From contig JAUXUT010000149.1 of NCBI GenBank assembly GCA_030680695.1, forward strand, positions 469,768 to 533,767: DNA of 64,000 nt, written 5' to 3'. This DNA comes from a bacterium (lineage in GTDB: Bacteria > Patescibacteriota > Minisyncoccia > Phycocordibacterales > UBA6065). Below the pieces are notes generated by a model. That model did no database searches. It had not been told where the DNA came from and saw nothing but the letters and a program-made list of their open reading frames with translations. Position numbers and translations under genes: made by a program. Below are positions 39,288 through 51,723 of the stretch, piece by piece. Position 1 is the first letter of the stretch. Each line of letters begins with the position of its first letter.

Positions 39288-40349
39288 TTATTTTACGAAC
39301 TCCATATAACGGCCTCGGCGCTCGGTGAACGCCCCTTGCGGGCCGAAGGTGTATACAAAGCCAAACATATCCGATATCTTCGAACCATCAACGACAATTG
39401 GGTATGAATAAGTCTTCCAGCCCCCTTTTGAAGTTGGGACTTTGCCCATAAACACATGCCTGACAACGAAAAATACGAATCTTATGAATGCTGGGGGCAA
39501 AGTAACACTTATCTTCCCTACCGCCTTGGCCATATCCTTGCCCCGCATGACTGGACCGTCGGGACAAAGGTTAAAGGCCTCGTATGAAACCTGTGCCTTG
39601 TCTGAAACAAATAGTTTAACTGCGTCTGCGATATCATCCTCGTGCACGAATTGTCTGCACCACTTTGGAGTTACCGGAACAACAGCGACCATGGCTGACA
39701 CAACCCTCTGAGCAAAGCCCTTCTTGAGTTTCCCTGAAAGCGCCGACTGAAGCCCAAATGACTCGCGCATGTATCGTCCACGCGGTCCCGTGATTGATGC
39801 CGGGCGGATAATGAATACTTGTGGAACACGCCCGCCATGTCCGGCCTTGTTTTTAGCCGCAGCATACTTGGCTTCAAGGTGCTCTTCTGCTACAGCTTTC
39901 TCGTCAGCGTACAAATATCCCATCGGCCTGAATGGATCTTTCTCGGTGAAACGACGCTCGATAGTATTATTCGAGAACGCTCCATACGATGCGACTGTCG
40001 AGAAATGAATCAACTTTTTGACTGACGGTGTTGAGAATGCGAAGTCGAACACTGCGTCCGATCCGCCAATATTCCATTTCCACTGAACATCCTGCTGACC
40101 AAACATCTCGCGTATCTGCCAAGCGCAATGTATAACATGCGTCGGTGCGAATACGGCGACCTTGGCCGCCCAAGTTTCGGACTCACACGTGTTGGCCTTA
40201 AGGAAGGTCACCTTATAATCGCCATCATATAACGGATTCGCCTCATCCTTATCCATGGCCAGTATCGCCTTTACTGCAGGGTCTTTAGACAGCTCGCGTA
40301 CGAGCATGGCCCCGACATATCCTGATCCTCCGGTGATGAATATCCTCAT
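39288..40349 (-). CDS. NAD-dependent epimerase/dehydratase (extended SDR)
   Basis: MRIFITGGSGYVGAMLV Rossmann motif; YxxxK region; start taken at MRIF (track ORF extends to 40400). Confidence 0.8.
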   Translation of the reverse strand: MRIFITGGSGYVGAMLVRELSKDPAVKAILAMDKDEANPLYDGDYKVTFLKANTCESETWAAKVAVFAPTHVIHCAWQIREMFGQQDVQWKWNIGGSDAVFDFAFSTPSVKKLIHFSTVASYGAFSNNTIERRFTEKDPFRPMGYLYADEKAVAEEHLEAKYAAAKNKAGHGGRVPQVFIIRPASITGPRGRYMRESFGLQSALSGKLKKGFAQRVVSAMVAVVPVTPKWCRQFVHEDDIADAVKLFVSDKAQVSYEAFNLCPDGPVMRGKDMAKAVGKISVTLPPAFIRFVFFVVRHVFMGKVPTSKGGWKTYSYPIVVDGSKISDMFGFVYTFGPQGAFTERRGRYMEFVK

Positions 40350-40353
40350 AAAT

Positions 40354-41688
40354 CTATTTTCCCACCCTGGACGCAAGGGTCGCAAGCGTCTGAGCGGCAA
40401 TTTTCAGGTCGAGCCCGAGCGATCGGTTCTTTATATAGTAAAAGTCATAGGCAAGGCGCATCTTGGTCTCTTCCAGTGACTGTGGTGGAAGTTCCTGGCG
40501 TATCTGGGCCCATCCAGAGAGACCTGGTTTTATAACATTGCGTAATTGATAGTACGGAATCTCTGCAAGGAGCTTCATACCAAGGTCATATATATCTGGG
40601 CGTGGCCCAACAAGAGACATATCACCTTTCAAAACCGAGTAAAGCTGTGGTAGCTCGTCTATCCTCGTCTGTCGCAAGAACTTGCCAACGCGCGTGATGC
40701 GATCGTCGTGTTCCTTGACCCACACTCCTCGATCGCTCGTCCTCATGCTACGAAACTTGGGTATGCGAATGGTTTTGCTGTCCTTCCCTACACGTTCCTG
40801 CATAACGAATATTGGACCGTGATCATCTAGTTTGATGGCAATGTATACAAATGGATAGAAAACGAGCGAAATCGCACCAAAAACAAGAGCGGCAAGAAAA
40901 TCGGCGATGCGTTTGACCGAATCGTAAACAACCTTTGGCTGCATCGAAAAATTCGTCACAAACCAGTCGTCACCAAGGATTGAAAGTGCTACACGATCGA
41001 ACACGTCCTCGTACACTGCGTGCATATCAGCAAATCTAGCCCTGTTCGAAACCATGAGTGCGTATAGGTCCGGCATAATGGCCTTGGCTTTGCTGTTATA
41101 AAAATCAACAACAATCAGACTGATGCCTTCGGCGCGAACTTTGTCAGCGAGGCCGGCGGCATAATGTTCGCCATCAAGGTCAACCACGTGTTCGAAATGG
41201 AATTGGTATCTCGGGCTGCCATTCACCTGGGCGAGAAGTTCGCGCATTTCAGCACCTGAACCAACGAGAAGAGCCCTCTCTTTCTTTCGTCCTGAAAACA
41301 TGCCGTATATCTGAAGTCTCCAAAGCAAGATGAGTGCCGACGAAAGAACCAAGAAAATGACAAGGTTAGTCTTTGGACTGATGCTTGTGAAAGTTACGAA
41401 ATAGAAAAATACTGCCGCAAGACCAAGGTTCGCAATCTGTGAATAAAATAAGCTCTGTGAAAGGCGACGGCTCGATACCATTACCTGACGCTCATAGAGA
41501 CCGGCAATGAAATATACCGCCACCCATATGAGGAATAAGAATGAGAACGGATAGAAGTGATCGGCCAGTATCTGCCCGTCTGGCATGCCAGGATAGCGTA
41601 CAACGAGCGTAAGCCATAAAGCCGCACAAAGGGCTGCTATATCGCCTAAAAGCAGAATAAACGGGGTCTTGCGGCTGAGAACAGGCAT
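40354..41688 (-). CDS. polyprenyl-phosphate sugar phosphotransferase (WbaP/WcaJ bacterial sugar transferase family)
   Basis: N-terminal TM helices; C-terminal VLKGDMSLVGPRP and DELPQL motifs. Confidence 0.85.
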   Translation of the reverse strand: MPVLSRKTPFILLLGDIAALCAALWLTLVVRYPGMPDGQILADHFYPFSFLFLIWVAVYFIAGLYERQVMVSSRRLSQSLFYSQIANLGLAAVFFYFVTFTSISPKTNLVIFLVLSSALILLWRLQIYGMFSGRKKERALLVGSGAEMRELLAQVNGSPRYQFHFEHVVDLDGEHYAAGLADKVRAEGISLIVVDFYNSKAKAIMPDLYALMVSNRARFADMHAVYEDVFDRVALSILGDDWFVTNFSMQPKVVYDSVKRIADFLAALVFGAISLVFYPFVYIAIKLDDHGPIFVMQERVGKDSKTIRIPKFRSMRTSDRGVWVKEHDDRITRVGKFLRQTRIDELPQLYSVLKGDMSLVGPRPDIYDLGMKLLAEIPYYQLRNVIKPGLSGWAQIRQELPPQSLEETKMRLAYDFYYIKNRSLGLDLKIAAQTLATLASRVGK

Positions 41689-41729
41689 AGAGACCTTAAT
41701 GATACATATACGCTATACTATAGGCAACT

Positions 41730-42887
41730 ATGACTGAAACGGCCCGAAGGAAACTTCTGATTGTCATAACAAAATCAAACTTCGGGGGCGCCCAGCGCTA
41801 TGTGTTCGACCTTGCCCGCTCGCTCAAGGATAAGTACGACATTGTCGTAGCTTGTGGTTCGGACCATGCCGGAAACGGACTTCTTGTAGAGCGCCTAAAG
41901 TCTGTTGGTGTACGTGTCGCACCAATCACATCCCTTGGACGCGATATGAACCTCTGGAAAGATTTCCTTTCCTTGCTTTCGCTTATAAAAATCGTCCACG
42001 CCGAAAAACCTGACATCGTTCACCTGAACAGTGCTAAGGCTGCGGGTCTCGGAGCTGTGGCAAGGCTCATCGCCCACCGCAAGGCAAGGTCTGTGTTTAC
42101 AGCCCACGCATGGGCCTTCAACGAAGATCGTAATGAGGTATCAAGGGCATTTATAGCATTCTTCCACTGGCTCACCATTATGCTCGCCCATAAAACAATT
42201 GCTGTGTCAGAGGGTGTAAAACGCCAGGTCGAGCACATGCCGAAAGTCGCTGGTCGTATACAGGTTGTCCATCTCGGCATCGACAAGCCAATATTCTACG
42301 GCAAGAAAAATGCCAGAACGGTATTGGGCATACCAGAAAAAGTATTCTCGATAGGAACCATAGCCGAACTACACAAGGTTAAAGGTCTCGCATACGCGCT
42401 CGATGGCATGAAATCGCTGCCATTCCCATTCACGTACACAATCGTCGGGACCGGAGACCTCAAAGACGAGCTTGCGGCCCAGATTGCTGCAGATCCAAAA
42501 CTAAAAGAAAGTGTTCGTATGGCAGGATTCATTCCTGATGCCGCTACACTCATCCCCGCATTCGATGTTTTCCTCTTGCCATCACTTTCCGAGGCGTTCG
42601 GGTACGTGCTTCTTGAATCTGGGTACGCAAACGTGCCCGTCATAGCAACATCTGTAGGTGGCATACCTGAAATAATCGAAGATATGCGATCTGGCGCCCT
42701 TATCCATGCAAAACAACCGAAAGAAATTACCCAAGCTCTGCGCTTCGCGCACGACAACGTGTACACCATGAAACAATTGGGTGGCGAACTTAACCGCCAT
42801 GTAAACGCGCGTTTTTCTGTGGCTCGCATGGTTTCTGAAACCGAAACGGTATACGATTCCCTGCTTGCCCCAACAAGGCAAGCCTAG
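41730..42887 (+). CDS. family 4 glycosyltransferase (GT-B)
   Basis: PSLSEAFGYVLLESGYANVPVIATSVGGIPEII (EX7E region). Confidence 0.8.
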   Translation: MTETARRKLLIVITKSNFGGAQRYVFDLARSLKDKYDIVVACGSDHAGNGLLVERLKSVGVRVAPITSLGRDMNLWKDFLSLLSLIKIVHAEKPDIVHLNSAKAAGLGAVARLIAHRKARSVFTAHAWAFNEDRNEVSRAFIAFFHWLTIMLAHKTIAVSEGVKRQVEHMPKVAGRIQVVHLGIDKPIFYGKKNARTVLGIPEKVFSIGTIAELHKVKGLAYALDGMKSLPFPFTYTIVGTGDLKDELAAQIAADPKLKESVRMAGFIPDAATLIPAFDVFLLPSLSEAFGYVLLESGYANVPVIATSVGGIPEIIEDMRSGALIHAKQPKEITQALRFAHDNVYTMKQLGGELNRHVNARFSVARMVSETETVYDSLLAPTRQA

Positions 42888-44029
42888 ATACCAAGAAATT
42901 CTCTCTTCGTCTCTTCCTTATGAGCACTGCGCATGTATCTGCGCATTGATACCAACAATCCCAAAGCGAAAAATGATGTGATGAGGTGCGATCCGCCATA
43001 ACTTGCGAACGGCAGGGTGATTCCTGTCACCGGCAAAAGACCAATGTTCATGCCAACGTTGATGAAAAAATGGGCCATGAACAATATGGATAAACCTAGG
43101 CCAAAAAGTATCTCAAAATTTCCCGCGCCGCGCCGCGCATTGGCAATGATGCGCCAGATAAGGGTACCGAAAGCACCGAAAAATAGTACGACACCTACGA
43201 ATCCCCATTCCTCTGCAAATGCGGCAAACACAAAGTCTGTCTGGTATTCCGGCAAGAATTTAAGCTTAGACTGGGTTCCGTAGCCAATTCCCTTGCCCAC
43301 AGCGCCACCGGAACCTACGGCAATTGTTGACTGGAAAGCGTTATATCCCGTATTTTGGATGTCCGACATCGGATGTATGAAGCTCACAATACGTGCCTTC
43401 TGATATTCTTGGAAACCAAAGTTCCAAAGCAAACCAAAACATAGAGCACCGACCGCAAAAAGTATGGCCAGATGTTTCTTTGATATTCCGGATACGAGCA
43501 CCATACCGAGCCACACAGCCGCGATAATGACCGCGCTTCCGAAGTCTGGTTGCATCGCGACCAAGGCGAAAAGCACAAAAGCATAAATACCAGAGATTAT
43601 GATGTGGCGGATATTCGCAATCTCGATATGTCGACGCGAGAAATACTTGGCAAGAATGAGGATCAGAAGAACCTTGGCAATGTCGGTTGGCTGTATGGAA
43701 AATAGACCAAGGCTTATCCAGCTCTTGGCGCCCTTGATTGCGGTCGTAGTGGCGAGCAAAACACCAAGAACCAATATCATGCCGGAAAACAGTGTCACAA
43801 GCACATTAGTACGCTTGAGAAACGACCAGTCTATGTAACTTGTGACAAAAAACACGACCAGTGCCACAAAAAACCAAATGACCTGTTTCTCAAAGAAATA
43901 ATTACTTTCCACAAACGAGTTCATTGTGACAAGACCAAAAAGCACAAGTACAGACGCCGCTCCAAGTAGCGTCCAGTCCATATAACTGCGGGATATGCGC
44001 CTTCCGATGTCCTGTGCGATCTCTGTCAT
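42884..44029 (-). CDS. SEDS-family peptidoglycan glycosyltransferase (FtsW/RodA)
   Basis: 10 TM; QPDFGSA, AEEWGFVG, PVTGITLPFASYGGS motifs. Confidence 0.85.
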   Translation of the reverse strand: MTEIAQDIGRRISRSYMDWTLLGAASVLVLFGLVTMNSFVESNYFFEKQVIWFFVALVVFFVTSYIDWSFLKRTNVLVTLFSGMILVLGVLLATTTAIKGAKSWISLGLFSIQPTDIAKVLLILILAKYFSRRHIEIANIRHIIISGIYAFVLFALVAMQPDFGSAVIIAAVWLGMVLVSGISKKHLAILFAVGALCFGLLWNFGFQEYQKARIVSFIHPMSDIQNTGYNAFQSTIAVGSGGAVGKGIGYGTQSKLKFLPEYQTDFVFAAFAEEWGFVGVVLFFGAFGTLIWRIIANARRGAGNFEILFGLGLSILFMAHFFINVGMNIGLLPVTGITLPFASYGGSHLITSFFALGLLVSMRRYMRSAHKEETKREFLGI

Positions 44030-44035
44030 AGAAAG

Positions 44036-44791
44036 CTATCGGCTAGGTACGAAAAGAAGTTCTGATCTTACGACCTTTCTTGGAAAAGGCTCTGCCCATG
44101 TGAAATACAGAGTCTTAATCTCGCCCGGAGCAATGGAATCAATAACGGTTTTGGAAAATGCTATGCGGTTGTCCGTCTCGTCATAAAGTATAAGGAAAGC
44201 ATCCATACTTATCGCCGACAGATTCACGGAAACATTGCGGATTTTGGCTTCGGCTGAAGGTTTTGGGCCTTCAATCACATCGACTGTGAGACGCGAAAGT
44301 ATGTTTATCTGTTCCGCAGGTTGCCACTGTGGATTATCTGCGAACTCGAACGTGGTGCGAGTAGGTACACGAGACCCAGTCTGTATGCCGCCCTCGAATA
44401 CAGGGAACCGTGCCCCAGCGGGCACATATGCCGTACCGGTCCTTTGGGAAACGAGTATACCTTCTGCGTCATACAACTTCATCGTGTATGGGAGTTTTGA
44501 CGCCTCGGCGGATGGATTTGGATTTTGCACGTAGGCGATGGCGTTATATACACCCGGCACCACCCGCATGGAATATGTCCATAATACGCGCGGCGGGGCG
44601 AAATCTGCCGCGCAAAGCCTCTGACACTTGCCACCGCAGTCCACGCCTCGTTCCCCACCGTTCTGCCTGCCATCAAAACATGTAGGTGCCTCGTACAAAG
44701 CAAAAAAGGTCGGTATACCTACAAAAATAACAAGCAAGCCGATTGCCGCGGCGAAATATCCATATTTACGTTTGGTCGACCAGGAGGCCAT
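44036..44791 (-). CDS. membrane-anchored hypothetical protein co-transcribed with ftsW/rodA
   Basis: start at MASWSTKRKYGYFAAAIGLLV (ATG 44791); Cys-rich CFDGRQNGGERGVDCGGKCQRLC then beta-rich domain; 7 nt before ftsW start. Confidence 0.45.
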   Translation of the reverse strand: MASWSTKRKYGYFAAAIGLLVIFVGIPTFFALYEAPTCFDGRQNGGERGVDCGGKCQRLCAADFAPPRVLWTYSMRVVPGVYNAIAYVQNPNPSAEASKLPYTMKLYDAEGILVSQRTGTAYVPAGARFPVFEGGIQTGSRVPTRTTFEFADNPQWQPAEQINILSRLTVDVIEGPKPSAEAKIRNVSVNLSAISMDAFLILYDETDNRIAFSKTVIDSIAPGEIKTLYFTWAEPFPRKVVRSELLFVPSR

Positions 44792-45024
44792 ATATGACAA
44801 GTATAAATGGAAAGAGGGACGGTGTATACAGCCTTCTCGCAACCCGTCCTCGGCTCATGTCTGTCAAGGAAAGACCTTTGACAGACATTTCACCTGCGTA
44901 GGTTTCTCGACGGCTGTATACAACGTCCCTTTCTTTATACTTTTTAGATAAAAGAAAAGCCCGCGTGAACGCGAGCTGTAGAGAGTATCTAACCAACTCC
45001 TTAAAAACTCATCCTTATCTATAT

Positions 45025-45053
45025 ATTATACACCCACAGGAGCTATTTGTCAA
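45025..45053 (-). promoter_or_regulatory. perfect consensus promoter TTGACA-N17-TATAAT for hyp-ftsW/rodA operon
   Basis: revcomp GGGGTATTGACAaatagctcctgtgggtgTATAATATATAGATA. Confidence 0.5.
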
Positions 45054-45091
45054 TACCCCTCCCCACCCCTCTGTTAAGCCGTTATTTCCAA

Positions 45092-45132
45092 GAAAAAGCC
45101 GCCCGGCTAAATTAATAGCGGGCGGCTTTTTC
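45092..45132. terminator. strong bidirectional terminator ending the 23S-5S rRNA operon
   Basis: aaaaagccgcccg-gctaaattaata-gcgggcggcttttt. Confidence 0.65.
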
Positions 45133-45140
45133 TATTGAAT

Positions 45141-45261
<121 letters not shown>

Positions 45262-45383
45262 ATTCAATTTTTATTCGAATCCTGAATCAATCTTTATCGC
45301 AAAAGGTATTACAAACTATATTAGGACATCAGCTGCACGACTCGCGTCGTGCGTGCCCTGCCATAGGCAGGACATAGTGACTA

Positions 45384-48718
<3,335 letters not shown>

Positions 48719-48916
48719 AACCACTAAACTAATGTCTATACAATTTGTTACCTTTTGCTGCGTTTCCTTTCCGGGGAAACGCAGGATTTATCCGACACGA
48801 TCTAACGTATCGGATAGCCACCTCTTCGCTCTTGAAAAGACCTCCGGTCCAAAGTTTTATCAATGGCCGAAAAGACTAACGAGGGTGGGATTCAGTTTTC
48901 AAATAACACTCCAATA

Positions 48917-48947
48917 AATGAAAATCCGCTCTACCTTGAGAGCGGAC
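48917..48947 (-). terminator. intrinsic terminator upstream of 23S locus
   Basis: plus aatgaaaa-tccgctct-accttgag-agcgga. Confidence 0.5.
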
Positions 48948-49080
48948 GAAAAGGGCCAACTTAATGGCCTATCTCGTTCGCGCTTTCGGTGAATTGATAA
49001 CCATATTTGGAGGTAGAGCTAAGTATATTCATAGCGGAAAAATAGTCAAGCCCTTCTATATTAATTACAGTCTGGGATGA

Positions 49081-49110
49081 GAAAACCGCCTTGATGAGGG
49101 CGGTTTTCTT
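49081..49110. terminator. intrinsic terminator downstream of membrane-protein gene
   Basis: gaaaaccgcc-ttgatgag-ggcggttttctttat. Confidence 0.5.
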
Positions 49111-49142
49111 TATATAGCTGGCCCCAGTAAAGAAACTTGGGA

Positions 49143-49841
49143 CTAACCGTTGTGATGATGGTCTGCGATTTCCTGTCGGAGCTTCTCTACGTATCGAGCC
49201 GCAGCTTCCTGGCCACCGAGGCCAAAAGCGAGTCCGAATGCGAGCGAGAGAGCGACGATGACGCCGGTGAAGAGAGTCTGGATGAATCCAACCGCGATAC
49301 CGAGCTGCATAAGCGCAGCAAGGAGGGCAAAGATCCAGATAGACCACTTGGTGACCGCACCGAGGAATGGAGCGGACTTCACGCCTGCCGCCTTGGCTGA
49401 TCCAACAACGACCTTCTTGAGAGCCTCCGCAATGACGATAGCCACAAGGAGGATGAGCACTGCCACTATCACCTGAGGGAGATAGAGGAGAACAACACTC
49501 TGAAGGAAGACATTCACCTGGTTGAGGCCGAGAACCTCGAACGAAGCAATGAGGAACGCCACAATGACAAACCACTTGACTAGGCCGCCGATGAAAGCGC
49601 CCGAGTTAAGCTCGAAGCCAGCGCGTCGGACGACTGCGCCAAATCCGGCTTGTTCAAGAGCTGTATCCAGCTTCAACGACTTGATGAGCTGAGAGATAAG
49701 CTTAGCCACGAGCGATGCCACAATCCATCCGATGATGAATATGACAACCGCTATGAAAAGTTTCGGGATAAACACAGAGAGACCGCTCCAGATTCCCTGG
49801 AAAGCCTCATTTATCGTGTTTACCCAAATTTGCAATGCCAT
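49143..49841 (-). CDS. polytopic membrane protein (TM-helix-repeat, MscS N-terminal-like)
   Basis: 232 aa, repeated amphipathic TM helices, C-terminal HHHNG. Confidence 0.45.
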   Translation of the reverse strand: MALQIWVNTINEAFQGIWSGLSVFIPKLFIAVVIFIIGWIVASLVAKLISQLIKSLKLDTALEQAGFGAVVRRAGFELNSGAFIGGLVKWFVIVAFLIASFEVLGLNQVNVFLQSVVLLYLPQVIVAVLILLVAIVIAEALKKVVVGSAKAAGVKSAPFLGAVTKWSIWIFALLAALMQLGIAVGFIQTLFTGVIVALSLAFGLAFGLGGQEAAARYVEKLRQEIADHHHNG

Positions 49842-49889
49842 AAATAAATTAAACTATGGATAAAATCGGGACAGCTTAATTATAGCAAC

Positions 49890-50516
49890 CTAGCGACCGG
49901 AAATGCCGATCTTGTCCACAAGTACCTCGTGTGGGAAATCGAGCACATCACGGACCAACCTATCGTTCATGCCTACGCGATATGCAAAATCAGGGGCCGA
50001 GAGGGTCGCATAACGAATGTCCTTGCCTATATCAGATTCAATAGACTTCACCACACGGTCGAGGGACGAAGTATTCACATTATCCCCCACCACAAACAAG
50101 TCGAGGCGACTCTCGGGATTCTTGGTGAAAACACCTGCCATAAGAACAGCCTTGATGCGGCCAGTCTTCTCGATCCTCTTGACTATCTTCTTGCGCTCGA
50201 GGGAATGCGTCCGAACCAGAAAATCAGATAACGCGTCGGCATATACAAACTTGGTGTCGAGGACAAAAGCCTTCTCCCTCGTTTTCTTCGCTACCATTCT
50301 CTTACCCTTCTTTACCTGAACCGTCCTTATGACGGATGTTTTCTTCACAAGGCCAGCCTTTATGAGCTCGGATATTTCTGTATTGATATCGCGAGGCTTT
50401 GCACCAAGCTTTGTGGACAACATTCCAACATCAAAAGCGGTACCTGGGTTGAATAGGAAAAGCCTCATAGCCTTTACCTTATGTTCTGAACCAAATATCC
50501 GTGCAAGCGTATCCAT
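49890..50516 (-). CDS. winged-helix DNA-binding domain protein, hypothetical regulator
   Basis: N-terminal wHTH-like KAMRLFLFNPGTAFDVGMLSTKLGAKPRDINTEISELIKAGLVKK; 208 aa. Confidence 0.4.
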   Translation of the reverse strand: MDTLARIFGSEHKVKAMRLFLFNPGTAFDVGMLSTKLGAKPRDINTEISELIKAGLVKKTSVIRTVQVKKGKRMVAKKTREKAFVLDTKFVYADALSDFLVRTHSLERKKIVKRIEKTGRIKAVLMAGVFTKNPESRLDLFVVGDNVNTSSLDRVVKSIESDIGKDIRYATLSAPDFAYRVGMNDRLVRDVLDFPHEVLVDKIGISGR

Positions 50517-50568
50517 GTTGGTATTACTGTGTGATTAATTAAGTGCAGTATATCATAAGGGTAGCAAC

Positions 50569-50600
50569 GAAAAGCCCGCGCTTTGCGCGGGCTTTTCGTT
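50569..50600. terminator. bidirectional terminator after rplL
   Basis: aaaagcccgcgc-tttg-cgcgggctttt. Confidence 0.6.
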
Positions 50601-50630
50601 GCTTTGGCCGGTGGCCAAAAGCATTTAGTG

Positions 50631-51005
50631 TTACTTGAGGGTAACCTTTCCGCCTGCTGCCTCGATGTCCTTCTTGAGCTTCTCTGCATCCTCCTTCTTC
50701 ATGCCCTCCTTGAGCACCTTTGGAGCACTGTCTACAAGGTCCTTTGCCTCCTTGAGACCAAGTCCGAGAGCCTCCTTGACGACCTTGATAACACTGATCT
50801 TTGAAGCGCCGCCGTCGGTGAGCTCTACATTGAATGTAGACTTCTCCTCGCCTGCCGCCGCACCTGCCGCTGGAGCCGCGACTGCGACTGCCTGTGCCGA
50901 TACGCCGAACTTGGTCTCGAGGAACTTAACGAGCTCGTGGAGGTCGAGCACCGTCATGGTGTCGAGAGTATCAACGATTGCCTTGAACTTTGCTGGGGTT
51001 TCCAT
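50631..51005 (-). CDS. rplL: 50S ribosomal protein L7/L12
   Basis: [37 protein letters not shown]...Ala-rich hinge...[26 protein letters not shown]. Confidence 0.95.
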   Translation of the reverse strand: METPAKFKAIVDTLDTMTVLDLHELVKFLETKFGVSAQAVAVAAPAAGAAAGEEKSTFNVELTDGGASKISVIKVVKEALGLGLKEAKDLVDSAPKVLKEGMKKEDAEKLKKDIEAAGGKVTLK

Positions 51006-51036
51006 GGTTTTAAATTTCCGAAAATTATAATGCTAA

Positions 51037-51528
51037 TTAAGCCTGCTTCTTCTTTGCTATCTCGCTTGCCGCCATGACAAATCCCTGTATAGGAGAATTG
51101 ATGAGGTTTACGATCTGAGCGTAGAGTGTCTTCTTATCTGGGATCGAAGCGTATTCAATGACTTCCTCTTTGGTGATGTACTTTCCGTCGAAGATTCCTC
51201 CGAGAATTGAAAGCATGTCCTTGTTCTTCCTAAGGAACGCTCCTACTTCGCGAGAAGTAGCGAGGTTGTCCGCGCTATATGCAACGGCCACGCCTTCGGT
51301 CATTTCTGGTCGGGTTCCCTCGAGCTTCGCGGCATCTAGCGCGCGATTCATGAGGGTCTTCTTGGCGACGAGGTATCCGACACCCTGGGACTTGAAGCCC
51401 ATGCGCATCGCAACCGCGTCGTTCACCTTGAGGCCCTTGAAGCCTACGAAGACCACTCCTTTCGAATCCTTGAAAATTGTTTCGAGGTCCGAGAATAGTT
51501 CCTTCTTCCTGTCTTTGCTAAGTGCCAT
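51037..51528 (-). CDS. rplJ: 50S ribosomal protein L10
   Basis: MALSKDRKKELFSDLETIFKDSKGVVFVGFKGLKVND...; start at MALSK (track ORF extends to 51609). Confidence 0.9.
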   Translation of the reverse strand: MALSKDRKKELFSDLETIFKDSKGVVFVGFKGLKVNDAVAMRMGFKSQGVGYLVAKKTLMNRALDAAKLEGTRPEMTEGVAVAYSADNLATSREVGAFLRKNKDMLSILGGIFDGKYITKEEVIEYASIPDKKTLYAQIVNLINSPIQGFVMAASEIAKKKQA

Positions 51529-51720
51529 TATGTGGTGATCTTTAGCTGCTGATAAAAAGGCGCGGCCGTCCCTTGCGGGAGCGGCCGGTGGAATTGAGAG
51601 CAGACCCATTACGGAACTGCTTTCGACCTCGGCGGGCTTTCCTACCCTCTGCTCGTGCTTTGGGTTATGGATTATGGCTCTGTTACGAGCCGCCGCGCTT
51701 TCTCCGGCCTTGTGAGGTAC
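51529..51720 (-). promoter_or_regulatory. putative L10 (rplJ) autoregulatory leader region
   Basis: ~190-nt GC-rich structured untranslated region between upstream gene and rplJ; position-based inference. Confidence 0.3.
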
Positions 51721-51723
51721 AGA

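Noticed and set aside
48961-49575. 204-aa minus-strand ORF overlapping the membrane-protein gene
   Set aside because: The translation is Cys/Arg/Pro-rich. It spans two terminator hairpins and overlaps a far more convincing TM protein in another frame.
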